Below are positions 46,001 through 55,020 of a stretch of 64,000 nt of DNA, piece by piece. Source of the stretch: a virus; IMG/VR virus record IMGVR_UViG_3300042934_000861, positions 1 to 64,000 of that record; one strand, written 5' to 3'. The translations under genes and the position numbers were made by a program. The first letter of the stretch is position 1. Each line of letters opens with the position of its first letter. The notes under the pieces are model-generated. The model had not been told where the DNA came from, searched no databases, and saw only the letters and a program-made list of their open reading frames with translations.

Positions 46001-47393
46001 GTCTGTCGTTCAGTTTAATCCTATATTTCGGGAGTTTAACAGAACGCGATGCCGGTATCGATGCGCTAAAGGCAGTGCTGGTAGTGGTAAGTCGGTTAAT
46101 ATCGCACAGGATTATATTCTAAAGCTAATGGACCCGAAGAACGCCGGTGCTAATCTTCTGGTTGTTAGAAAGATCGATGAGTCTCATCGTGATAGTACCT
46201 ACGCGGAATTAAAGGCTGCGATTAACCGGATCTGCGGTAAAGCAGCATCGGTATTGTGGACTGTTCGGCAGAGTCCGATGGAGATTGTCTGTAATCGAAC
46301 AGGCAATAAGATCATATTTCGCGGTATGAAAGACGATTCACAGCGAGAGAAGATCAAGTCGGTAAGCTTTGAGTATGGCAAGCTTGTCTTCATATGGATA
46401 GAAGAGGCCACGGAGCTCGACGAGTCTGATGTAGATATATTGGATGACCGGCTGCGTGGTATATTGCTTAATCCTTATCTGTATTATCAAATGACATTCA
46501 GCTTTAACCCTGTAAGTGCTTCACACTGGATCAAGGCTAAATACTTCGATATTACCAGTCCCGATATCTTTCCTCATCACAGCACATATAAGGACAATCG
46601 GTTCATTGATGAAGCGTATTACCGGCGTATGGAGCTCAGAAAGATCCAAGATCCTGAAGGCTATAAAGTCTATGGTGAAGGGGAATGGGGCATTACCGGT
46701 GGGCGCTTCTATGATATGTGGTCAAGTACGCTGCATGTTTGCAAGCCTTTTGCTATTCCGCAAGAGTGGACAAGGTTCCGTGCAATGGACTGGGGCAGCT
46801 ATCATCCTTATTCAGTCGGATGGTATGCGGTAGACTATGACAGTCGGTTATGGAAGTATCGGGAGTTGTATGGCTATGGTGGTAAAGCGAATGTAGGTAC
46901 CAAGGAAACGGCCAAACAGGTTGCGCTAAAGATTGCTGAAGCTGAAAAAGAAGACAATCAAATGTCATATGGTATATTGGACAGCGCTTGCTGGAATAAG
47001 ACCGGTACAGAAGGCCCCACAATTGCAGAAGAAATCAACAATGTCTTATCTGAAAAGAGTAAGACTCTTTTTATTCCCTCTACTAAGGGGCGTGAAGCTG
47101 GCGCGGAGCAGGTAAAGATTCGCTTGACCGGCTACATCGACAAGGAAGGCAAGCAAATACCTGGCATTACCTTCTTTGAAACGTGCTTTCACACGGTAAG
47201 AACATTTCCGCTGCTGACGCATGACAAGCACAATCCGGAAAAGGTTGATACCAATGGAGAAGATCACGCATTCGACGAGACCATGTACGCCTGTACGTCC
47301 CGGCCATGGACACCTGAGAAGCCGAAAGAAAAAGAGAAGCGAGAAAAGTACCGCCGTGATAAATCAGAACAGCGTAGTTGGATGGCAATATAA
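45993..47393 (+). CDS. terL: Terminase large subunit (PBSX family)
   Basis: GSAGSGKS, WIEEA, SFNP, MDWG, EDHAFDETMY. Confidence 0.95.
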   Translation: MAESVVQFNPIFREFNRTRCRYRCAKGSAGSGKSVNIAQDYILKLMDPKNAGANLLVVRKIDESHRDSTYAELKAAINRICGKAASVLWTVRQSPMEIVCNRTGNKIIFRGMKDDSQREKIKSVSFEYGKLVFIWIEEATELDESDVDILDDRLRGILLNPYLYYQMTFSFNPVSASHWIKAKYFDITSPDIFPHHSTYKDNRFIDEAYYRRMELRKIQDPEGYKVYGEGEWGITGGRFYDMWSSTLHVCKPFAIPQEWTRFRAMDWGSYHPYSVGWYAVDYDSRLWKYRELYGYGGKANVGTKETAKQVALKIAEAEKEDNQMSYGILDSACWNKTGTEGPTIAEEINNVLSEKSKTLFIPSTKGREAGAEQVKIRLTGYIDKEGKQIPGITFFETCFHTVRTFPLLTHDKHNPEKVDTNGEDHAFDETMYACTSRPWTPEKPKEKEKREKYRRDKSEQRSWMAI

Positions 47394-47475
47394 TTCATCA
47401 TGCTGCATAAAGATATCAAAATCTACGGCGTAGTAAAAATTTAATCGTATAAATATGCAGAAGGGAGTGTTCTTA

Positions 47476-47961
47476 ATGCCAAGGGTAGTCAAGATACCAG
47501 TAGAAATAGATGCGGAGTTGTACGAACCAGGAATGGAAGATGGCTTTAAACCGGAAGATTTTTGCTATGCAGAATTCGGCATTGATTTGAGCGGGTGCTC
47601 TAAGCAAGAAAGCGCTGGTTGCGGTGGATGTAAGTGTTATCTTCCTTATATTTCAACTCTTGAGGGACCGCATTTTATCAGTCCTGGCGACTACATCATA
47701 ACAGGTGTAGAAGGAGAGCGTTATCCTATCAAGCCTGGTATATATGCGAAAACATATCGCTTGGCTGGTGGAAGTCTAGCTGTTAAGGTCTGCTGGCAAG
47801 ATGGTAGTGTTGCTGATTTTGAATGTAAGAGTGTTGTGGGTTTGGCTGACAGCATTGTTTTAAAAGGCGACGACGGTTATCAAACGACGATACCTAAAAC
47901 AGACATTCGATATATAACGCAAAAAGAGAAGGTGAAGAAAGATGAACCCAATACTGCATGA
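47476..47961 (+). CDS. Conserved phage protein (TLEG...GDYII.G..GE.YP family) with Cys insert and C-terminal extension
   Basis: KIPVEIDA, ISTLEG, PGDYIITGVEGERYPIKPGIYAKTY. Confidence 0.8.
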   Translation: MPRVVKIPVEIDAELYEPGMEDGFKPEDFCYAEFGIDLSGCSKQESAGCGGCKCYLPYISTLEGPHFISPGDYIITGVEGERYPIKPGIYAKTYRLAGGSLAVKVCWQDGSVADFECKSVVGLADSIVLKGDDGYQTTIPKTDIRYITQKEKVKKDEPNTA

Positions 47962-48085
47962 GCGTTGCGGCATGTGTAGCCGGAAACTGAAGACGCAAAA
48001 GTCGAAAGAAGATGGTTGTGGACCGGTTTGCGCAAAGAAGGCTGCTTCTGAGCGAAAAGCAAGGGAGCAGGATGCTGATGGGTAA
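47942..48085 (+). CDS. DUF6011-like zinc finger (not in track)
   Basis: CGMCSRKL....S...GCGPVCAKK. Confidence 0.7.
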   Translation: MNPILHERCGMCSRKLKTQKSKEDGCGPVCAKKAASERKAREQDADG

Positions 48086-48233
48086 GCGACGTGAGTTGTG
48101 CTGCACCAGGGAACAGTGTGCAAGGTATGCCCCTAATACCGGCTTAGGAAGATGGCCGGACAATAACCATGTTTGCCAAGTGAAAAGGAGTCCTAAGGTG
48201 GCGAATTGCCCACACAGGACAAAAAAGCAGTAA
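48078..48233 (+). CDS. Small Cys-rich protein
   Basis: GGAG RBS, five Cys. Confidence 0.5.
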   Translation: MGKRRELCCTREQCARYAPNTGLGRWPDNNHVCQVKRSPKVANCPHRTKKQ

Positions 48234-48259
48234 GCCGCTCGAATAATCGGGCGGTTTTT
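48234..48259 (+). terminator. Rho-independent terminator
   Basis: GCCGCTCGA-ATAA-TCGGGCGGT-TTTT. Confidence 0.75.
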
Positions 48260-48288
48260 ACATTTCAAGTAAAAGGAGCGACAAGGGA

Positions 48289-48660
48289 ATGCATGTTAAG
48301 GTGAAACACGATTTACTGACTACAAAGTACACAGCGGTTTATCACGAACCGGAGATTGTTATGCAGTTTGGAGCCCCGCATTGCTTTACGGTAATTGCAA
48401 GTAACGATGATGGCTCCGGCACACCATTAGCGGAGATTCACTTCCAGGAGGGGCCAATTAAAGAATTTGGCGTGAATGGGGTCTGCAATGAAGATTTGAT
48501 CGCAATGGTCATCTGCCGGTTGGAACATTTCCAGAAAGGGCCGTTTGCTTGCCGGGACAATGCCGTAGCAATCACAAAGCTTGAAGAGGGACTTCTTTGG
48601 CTGCGCAAGCGTACTATTGGCCGTGAGAATCGCGGCGTAGAGGGAACGTCAAACAAGTAA
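48289..48660 (+). CDS. tad1: Tad1-family nucleotide-signal sponge
   Basis: GAPH, IHFQEGP, GV.NEDL, RLEHFQKGPFACRDNAVAITKLEEGLLWL..R...R..RGVEGT match the Tad1 pattern. Confidence 0.85.
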   Translation: MHVKVKHDLLTTKYTAVYHEPEIVMQFGAPHCFTVIASNDDGSGTPLAEIHFQEGPIKEFGVNGVCNEDLIAMVICRLEHFQKGPFACRDNAVAITKLEEGLLWLRKRTIGRENRGVEGTSNK

Positions 48661-48675
48661 CAGGGAGGAATAACA

Positions 48676-49053
48676 ATGCAATGTCCAAAATGCCGGGGAG
48701 TTAAAATCTCTACCGAGAGAAGGCCAAATGGAAATAATATCTGCGGCAGCTGCGGCCATACGTGGCCCAATGGTCCGGCCGGGGCCGTAAGTGTAAATGC
48801 AAGCAAAGTAAGTTTAACCCAGGAAGATATCGACAAGGCCATCATAACTGAAGAATATATCAAAATGGGGAAGAAAACAGTAGTGTGTCTGTTAACCCTC
48901 AAGAATGGTTTTGAAATTGTAGGTACCGGCAGTTGTGTGGATCCTGCTAACTTCAACATGGAGATGGGCAAGACATGTGCGAGGGAAGAGGCTGTTAACC
49001 AAATCTGGAAGCTAGAAGGCTATCATTTGCAATGCCAGCATCCGGCCAGATGA
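48676..49053 (+). CDS. Phage gp49/gp66-family protein (Acb4-like sponge) with N-terminal Zn ribbon
   Basis: TVVCLLTLKNGFEIVG..SCVDPANFN.EMG...A...A...IW.LEGY; CPKC...CGSC. Confidence 0.8.
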   Translation: MQCPKCRGVKISTERRPNGNNICGSCGHTWPNGPAGAVSVNASKVSLTQEDIDKAIITEEYIKMGKKTVVCLLTLKNGFEIVGTGSCVDPANFNMEMGKTCAREEAVNQIWKLEGYHLQCQHPAR

Positions 49054-49138
49054 ACTGGCAATTCATTATGGACCGTAACGCATTAGGCCATCAATGATGG
49101 TTTATATATTAAAGCAAATACAAGGAGTGGAAACAAAC

Positions 49139-49399
49139 ATGGAAACGATTAAAGTATCAGCAGGTTCAGTTCCAGGTAAAGTAGCGGGTGCCATTGCAGC
49201 ATCAGTAAGAGAGCAAGGGCAGGCAACAGTACAGGGCATTGGTGCCGGTTCAGTTAACCAAGCGGTAAAAGCTATTGCTATCGCCCGGGGATTTTTAGCA
49301 CCTCAAGGTGTTAACCTGGTGTGCGTCCCTGGTTTTGCGGACGTTGACATTGAGGGCGAAGAGCGCACTGCAATCCGGTTTACTGTAAAGAACGGCTAA
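49139..49399 (+). CDS. spoVS: Stage V sporulation protein S
   Basis: KVS..S.P..VAGAIA, IGAGSVNQAVKAIAIARGFLAP.G..L...P.F....I.GEERTAI. Confidence 0.95.
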   Translation: METIKVSAGSVPGKVAGAIAASVREQGQATVQGIGAGSVNQAVKAIAIARGFLAPQGVNLVCVPGFADVDIEGEERTAIRFTVKNG

Positions 49400-49716
49400 T
49401 GAGTGCCGGACTCTATTTATTATTGGCCCATTACCTTGCAGACTTCCCGCTGCAGGGTGATTTCTTGGCTAGTATGAAAGGGAAGAATGTATATCTCCTT
49501 GCTGTTCATGTGCTGATCTACACATTATTGATTGGTGCATGTTTGGACTTAATGGGGATATATGCGGTATGGAAATTGTGGCTTGTTGCGCTGTCTCATA
49601 CTGCAATTGACTACTGGAAATGTCATTATGCACCAAAGGAGACTGCATTGACTGCAAGCCTGTATATCGATCAAGCCTTACATTTGCTTGTGTTGATGGT
49701 TTGCCTGTATCTTTAA
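49399..49716 (+). CDS. DUF3307 membrane protein
   Basis: AHYLADFPLQ, H...Y, HTAID, DQALH. Confidence 0.88.
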   Translation: MSAGLYLLLAHYLADFPLQGDFLASMKGKNVYLLAVHVLIYTLLIGACLDLMGIYAVWKLWLVALSHTAIDYWKCHYAPKETALTASLYIDQALHLLVLMVCLYL

Positions 49717-49758
49717 AAGGTTGGCGGCTAAAGAATGGCCGTCTATTTTATTTAATGG

Positions 49759-50172
49759 GTGGTGGTCTGGGTGGTGACGTTAAATCAGGAAGAAGAGCAG
49801 TCGTTCAAGAAGTGGTACGGAAATACTATCACCGGCATTGCACTAAAGACTGGTTTTCAACTTGATCCTAACCCTGATAGCCCAGACCATCATTATGATT
49901 ACCGGGGATTTTACAGGGCGCTGCAGGCAGGTGATCCTGCTGCAAAAACATCCGTTCAGTCTGATGGATTGGTGCATTTCACATCACCATGGAAACAGCC
50001 GGACCATCCCACCTATAAATACAAGACGCTTCTTGATCTCTTCATACAAAGCAAGTATGATCCTGCGGCTTCTGACAATGAAGCACAGGAAGTCAGTAAG
50101 CATAGTATTGTGAATCCTGAGTTGGTTCAGGAGTATTTACGTTCAAATAATCGCAAGGCTGGAGGTGGTTGA
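49759..50172 (+). CDS. Conserved hypothetical protein
   Basis: YDYRGF...HF...WK.PDHPT motif. Confidence 0.7.
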   Translation: MVVWVVTLNQEEEQSFKKWYGNTITGIALKTGFQLDPNPDSPDHHYDYRGFYRALQAGDPAAKTSVQSDGLVHFTSPWKQPDHPTYKYKTLLDLFIQSKYDPAASDNEAQEVSKHSIVNPELVQEYLRSNNRKAGGG

Positions 50173-52418
50173 GTTTGTTTGCGGTTTCTACGGATGATAT
50201 GGTGGATGTTACTCATCAGAGAAGTTTAAACTTTACGCAGTACCGAGATGAATTTAGGGCTAGCGTCGATAAGGAAAGAGATTGGCGTAATGAAGCCAAA
50301 GAAGATATTGAGTTCTTCTGCGGCAAGCAGTGGGATGACCGGGATAGGATTGCCTTAAATGAGCAAGGAAGACCCACGTTAACAATTAACCGGATCAAGC
50401 CGCTTATCAACTTGCTGTCAGGGTACCAGCGCCTTAACCGTTATGAGCCTGAGTTTTTACCGCGTACTAAGTCGGATATTGAACTATGTACGGTTCGCAA
50501 AGGTGTTACTAAGTACATCATGGACCAGTGCGATTACGCCAGTATTGAATCATCGGTATTTCTGGATGGTGCAATTTGCGGACGTGGATGGTTTGAGGTG
50601 TGCTATGAATGGGATCATTCAGCGCTTGACGGTGACATTAAGGTTAAGCGCGTATCCCCAATGGATATATATGTTGACCCCGAATCAACGGCGCCGGATT
50701 ATTCCGACGCTAAATTTCTTTTCAGGGGCAAGTGGGCTGATAAGGATGAGCTCAAGGCCGTGTATCCGGAACATGCCGATGTCATTGATTTTGCGACTAA
50801 TGAGTATGACAAAGCCGAAGATGTTGACTTTGTTGGCTTAGAACCCCTGTGGTATCAGAAGAACACTCATAAGCTCAGGCTGGTTGAACGATGGGGGCGG
50901 CGAACAGAGTCTCAACAATACTATTTGGTCGTGATCGATGGAAAAGAAAGTCTGCTCAAAAAAGAAGACATCTCAATTAATCATTTTGTAGCTGGCCAGG
51001 TGAAAAAGCCGGTGAAGCTGCCGATAACGAAGACGTATTTTACGGCGTTCATTGGTGAGCATGTTCTGGAAGAGAAAGAGTCTCCCTATCAGCATGGTAT
51101 GTTCCCATATGTGCCGTTTATTGCTTATTATCTGGGTGAAGGCGATATGCCAGCTGGTGTTGTACGCGACATTAAGGACCCGCAGCGCGAGGTAAATAAG
51201 CGCCGCAGTCAATCGCTTCATATACTCGGTACACAGGCTAATAGTGGCTGGATTTATGAACAGGGCGTGTTTGATGCTGAGCAAAAATCCAATGTGCGTA
51301 AATTTGGCTCTATGCCTGGTGTCATGATTGAAACGAAGCAGGGAATGATGACTAAGCTGCAACGTATCAATCCCCCAAATCCACCTGTCGGGTTGTTCCA
51401 GGCTGAACAGGAGGCCGTACAGGATATACGGGATATATCGGGTATCAATGAAGGTATGCTTGGTACAGATATCTCACAATCGGCAAGCGGTAAGGCGATC
51501 GAGCTCAGGCAGAGACAGGCTGTTACTCATATTGGAGCTCTCTTTGATAATCTGCGACGCGCAAAGCAACAAATACTCTTTATCATGTGGGGTAAGCGCA
51601 GTAAGAAGGGGCTGATCCAGCAGTATTATACGGATGAAAAGACGTTCCGTATTGTCGGTGATAATGGCCAGCAGGATTTTATTACAATCAATCAGCAGGT
51701 TCAGGTACAAGATCCTACGCTGGGCGTCATACACAAGATCCTCAATGATCTCAGTGTAGGTGAGTTTGATATTGTGGTGTCTGATACTCCAAGCACTGCT
51801 ACGCAACGGCAAAGCCAATTCTGGGCTCTTGTTGATGCTATATCCAAACTTGGTATTCCTGGTGAAATGGTATTTGACATGCTTATTGATATGTCGGACA
51901 TTCCTAATCGCGAGGAAATTAAGAAGCGGTGGATGGAAAGACAGGAGGCACAACAACAGTCGGCCCAAAATGCGCCTGTTAAATTAACCGGCAACATTAA
52001 TATAAAGGACATTCCTCCGGATGCTCAGGCACAAATGCTTGCTAAGATTGGCATACAAATGCAGCCGCAACAGCAGCTGAATCCATTCATTCCCCTGGTG
52101 CAGCAGTTGCCGCCCCAAGTAATTCAGGCAATTAGTCAAATGGTGCCTCAAGAATTATATGGAGCTATAAAAATGCTGTTTGGGCAGATCCCGCCTGAAC
52201 TTCAGGCGCAGGTAGGTCAAATGATTCAAGGTGTACCACCTGAGCAGGTTATTCAATTGTTTCATGATGCTGCTGTGCAGGTTATTAGTGCAGCTGGTGG
52301 CGGTCAGCAAGCGCAGCAGCCGGTTCAGCCTCAACTGCCTAACCAGCCGACATCATCACAAACTATAACACAGCCAGCTATGCGTGAAATGCTTAATGCG
52401 GCTCAAATAGGAATGTAG
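50169..52418 (+). CDS. Portal protein (P22-like)
   Basis: F..GKQW, RPTLTINRI, PYVPF, GVVRDIKDPQREVNKRRS, SGKAI, Q-rich tail. Confidence 0.93.
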   Translation: MSLFAVSTDDMVDVTHQRSLNFTQYRDEFRASVDKERDWRNEAKEDIEFFCGKQWDDRDRIALNEQGRPTLTINRIKPLINLLSGYQRLNRYEPEFLPRTKSDIELCTVRKGVTKYIMDQCDYASIESSVFLDGAICGRGWFEVCYEWDHSALDGDIKVKRVSPMDIYVDPESTAPDYSDAKFLFRGKWADKDELKAVYPEHADVIDFATNEYDKAEDVDFVGLEPLWYQKNTHKLRLVERWGRRTESQQYYLVVIDGKESLLKKEDISINHFVAGQVKKPVKLPITKTYFTAFIGEHVLEEKESPYQHGMFPYVPFIAYYLGEGDMPAGVVRDIKDPQREVNKRRSQSLHILGTQANSGWIYEQGVFDAEQKSNVRKFGSMPGVMIETKQGMMTKLQRINPPNPPVGLFQAEQEAVQDIRDISGINEGMLGTDISQSASGKAIELRQRQAVTHIGALFDNLRRAKQQILFIMWGKRSKKGLIQQYYTDEKTFRIVGDNGQQDFITINQQVQVQDPTLGVIHKILNDLSVGEFDIVVSDTPSTATQRQSQFWALVDAISKLGIPGEMVFDMLIDMSDIPNREEIKKRWMERQEAQQQSAQNAPVKLTGNINIKDIPPDAQAQMLAKIGIQMQPQQQLNPFIPLVQQLPPQVIQAISQMVPQELYGAIKMLFGQIPPELQAQVGQMIQGVPPEQVIQLFHDAAVQVISAAGGGQQAQQPVQPQLPNQPTSSQTITQPAMREMLNAAQIGM

Positions 52419-52426
52419 GTGAGGTT

Positions 52427-52846
52427 GTGACAAAAGAGCAGATTGAACAGATGGTCAGATACTGGCAGATTCAATTACGATTGCAAAACTGGGTTATAGC
52501 GGTAAGATGGGATGTAACGCCGAGTGCTTCAGATGCTGCAGCACAGGTTAATAAAATTGATGGCCGTTATTATGCTAGTGTTCGCTTTTGTCCAGATATC
52601 CTTGAGTATGAGGATATGGAAGAAGTAAGTTTGTATGTTTGCCATGAATTAACTCACCTTCATCTAAATCAAATATGGCATACGGTGGAAATCTTGTTGA
52701 GGGATAAAGGTGGTTGCGTTATCAGCCATGACTTTATTGCTGATCTAAATAAATTAATATGTAGAGATATTGAGCATGCAACAGATGCGCTTTCAACAGC
52801 GTTTACAATTGCATTGCCATATTCTAAAGAACTTGACGGCAGGTAG
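52427..52846 (+). CDS. HExxH zincin-like protein
   Basis: WQ..LRLQNW...VCHELTHL. Confidence 0.75.
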   Translation: MTKEQIEQMVRYWQIQLRLQNWVIAVRWDVTPSASDAAAQVNKIDGRYYASVRFCPDILEYEDMEEVSLYVCHELTHLHLNQIWHTVEILLRDKGGCVISHDFIADLNKLICRDIEHATDALSTAFTIALPYSKELDGR

Positions 52847-52867
52847 CCGTTATTTTTATTTGTAGGA

Positions 52868-53383
52868 GTGACGGAATTGGAAAGAGTGTTAAATTCATCG
52901 ACGGTCAATCAAGCGAGTTCAGCTATTCGCGATTTGCAACTGTACGGTGCTGCAAATCCTTTTACACTGCTGGCTAAAGCGTCCAGCGAAGAGCAGGGAT
53001 TCATGAAAACCACTAAAGTAATGAATGTCCCGGGTGGTTGCCTGGTACAAACAGAGACACAACAGCGCAATCGTGACGGAAGTTATGCCTTGTCACAAGC
53101 ACTTTGTTTTGTTCCTGGTGTTCGCATCGATAAAGATGCTGAACCTCGCCAAATGGTGGAAATTGGAGCTTTTTTACCGTCTTTTGTGGAGGCAGGGCCT
53201 GGCAGTATTACGCTTAGTGTTGAAAAAGGAGTGAATGATGTTGAAACAAAACGATCAGAAACAGGCACAGGCAAAGAACCGGCGACGCGGAAACAGCGAG
53301 AAGCCAAGTCTGACAAATCAACAGGTACAGCAGGAACCGACGCAGTTGGAAACTCAACAGCCGGAAACGCTGCAGCCGAATAA
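52868..53383 (+). CDS. Conserved phage protein, candidate Lockin-type sponge
   Basis: KASSEEQGFMKTTKVM...GCLVQ..TQQ...ALCFVPGV. Confidence 0.55.
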   Translation: MTELERVLNSSTVNQASSAIRDLQLYGAANPFTLLAKASSEEQGFMKTTKVMNVPGGCLVQTETQQRNRDGSYALSQALCFVPGVRIDKDAEPRQMVEIGAFLPSFVEAGPGSITLSVEKGVNDVETKRSETGTGKEPATRKQREAKSDKSTGTAGTDAVGNSTAGNAAAE

Positions 53384-53639
53384 TGAAGAGTTGAACTTGA
53401 GGGATGCTGTCAATGAATTGCGAATTAAGGCTATTCGTGATTGTGGTGTGGCCCTAACGTTCATTACTGAACGCCTTGCAAAAGGTAGTACGGTAGATCA
53501 TCCACTGCTTAGCCAGGTGGAAAAAACTATTGAGATGTGTAAAGAGTATAACCATATTGCTGTAAGTTATTGCTTGCCAGCTGAAGTGATTGAAACTGAA
53601 GTAAGCGATGATATGCCCATTGAAGAGACTGACAAATAA
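53235..53639 (+). CDS. Hypothetical protein
   Basis: AAGGAG RBS. Confidence 0.6.
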   Translation: MMLKQNDQKQAQAKNRRRGNSEKPSLTNQQVQQEPTQLETQQPETLQPNNEELNLRDAVNELRIKAIRDCGVALTFITERLAKGSTVDHPLLSQVEKTIEMCKEYNHIAVSYCLPAEVIETEVSDDMPIEETDK

Positions 53640-53664
53640 GTTAGTCTCTTTTATTGTGCGCTGG

Positions 53665-53760
53665 TAGCGGCGTAATCGCTATATGGCTTAGTTCGTCCCG
53701 TGATTAAGCCATAACTTAAAGCGGGAATATTTCGTGCCGCCGACGTTATGGGCGTAAGGG
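53665..53760 (+). ncRNA. Structured leader upstream of scaffold gene
   Basis: Hairpins TAGCG/CGCTA, TATGGCTTA/TAAGCCATA, CGCC/GGCG next to RBS. Confidence 0.5.
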
Positions 53761-53771
53761 GGATTAGTAAT

Positions 53772-54950
53772 ATGCCTGACAACGATGTAGTAATACCCGA
53801 AGAATTAGATGGTATTTCAAGAGAAATAGCGCTTGAAATAATGCAAGAAGCTGCTGAATTAGAAGCTTCAGCAAAACAAGAGTCTAACCAACCTGAAGTA
53901 AAACAGCCGGATGTCGCTGCACCTGCTGCCACTACGGCAACTGAAACCAATGGCCAAAGCACTCAGCTTGAAGTCAAAACGCCTGATTCCACCGGGGCCT
54001 CTGCACCCGACACCACGCAGAGTACGGATAACGGCGAAGATAAAGACAAAATGGTTCCACTGGCCGCACTTCATGATGAACGGCGTAAGCGTCAAGAAAA
54101 TGACAAAAGGCTAGCAGCTTTAGAAGCTGAGCTTCAACAATTGAGAGCAGCAAAAACAACACAGCCACAAGCTCTGCCTTCGCAACCGGTGCAGACTCAA
54201 ATGGGGCAACAGCCCTTGAAGCAGCAACCAGAAACCGAAGACCAGAAGCTGCAGACTGGGAATTATCGCAAACAATTGATTCAAGCTGCTAAAGAAAAGT
54301 TCAAAGAAGATAACGGCAGAGAGCCAGATATGTACGGCAATGAAGATGATGGTGCTGAAATCTCTATCCTGGTAAATGAACTGCACAGTAGTGTGATGGC
54401 TGAAGCAAGCCGCATCAACAACGAACGTCAAACGGTTGTTAGTGCCTATCAAGAGTTCGCTACGCGGGAAACTGCTACACCTGAATATAATGACGTTTGG
54501 AATTACATGGTGAATCGGGTTTCGCAACTTCCACCAGCGCAGCAACAGGCTTTAACGCAGGCTTTTGAAAAGGCAACCAACGGTACAGGTTCAATGGCTG
54601 ATGTTCTGGCCATAACGAACCTTTGGGAAAGTTCTAAACTAATGTGGAAAGCGGAGAAGGCCACGAAGGTGCCTGATACTGTTGTAACTACCGCTCAGGC
54701 ACCGCAAAACACAGCTGCCCCTGTACCGGCTGCATCCAATGTTGTAATGCCGGTGAATATTCCGGTTCAATCGCAACCAGCGAGTATTGAACAAAAACTG
54801 AATGAAATTGACAAGCACCCCAGAGTGAATCAAGTTAACGGTGGCAATTTGCAAGCCGGTCCATCAACGACCGAGTTAGAGCGAATGCTGCAGGAAACAG
54901 ATTGGGACAAAATTCCTCCCGAGTATCGAAAGTTGTTACTCGAAGGATAA
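53772..54950 (+). CDS. Capsid scaffolding protein
   Basis: Acidic low-complexity N-terminus, VPLAALHDERRKRQ coiled coil; precedes capsid. Confidence 0.82.
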   Translation: MPDNDVVIPEELDGISREIALEIMQEAAELEASAKQESNQPEVKQPDVAAPAATTATETNGQSTQLEVKTPDSTGASAPDTTQSTDNGEDKDKMVPLAALHDERRKRQENDKRLAALEAELQQLRAAKTTQPQALPSQPVQTQMGQQPLKQQPETEDQKLQTGNYRKQLIQAAKEKFKEDNGREPDMYGNEDDGAEISILVNELHSSVMAEASRINNERQTVVSAYQEFATRETATPEYNDVWNYMVNRVSQLPPAQQQALTQAFEKATNGTGSMADVLAITNLWESSKLMWKAEKATKVPDTVVTTAQAPQNTAAPVPAASNVVMPVNIPVQSQPASIEQKLNEIDKHPRVNQVNGGNLQAGPSTTELERMLQETDWDKIPPEYRKLLLEG

Positions 54951-55020
54951 ACCGATCGATTGATTCCTCCGCGTGGTGCATTTTTTATTACCAAATTTGT
55001 ATTTAACGGAGGATGTTAAT

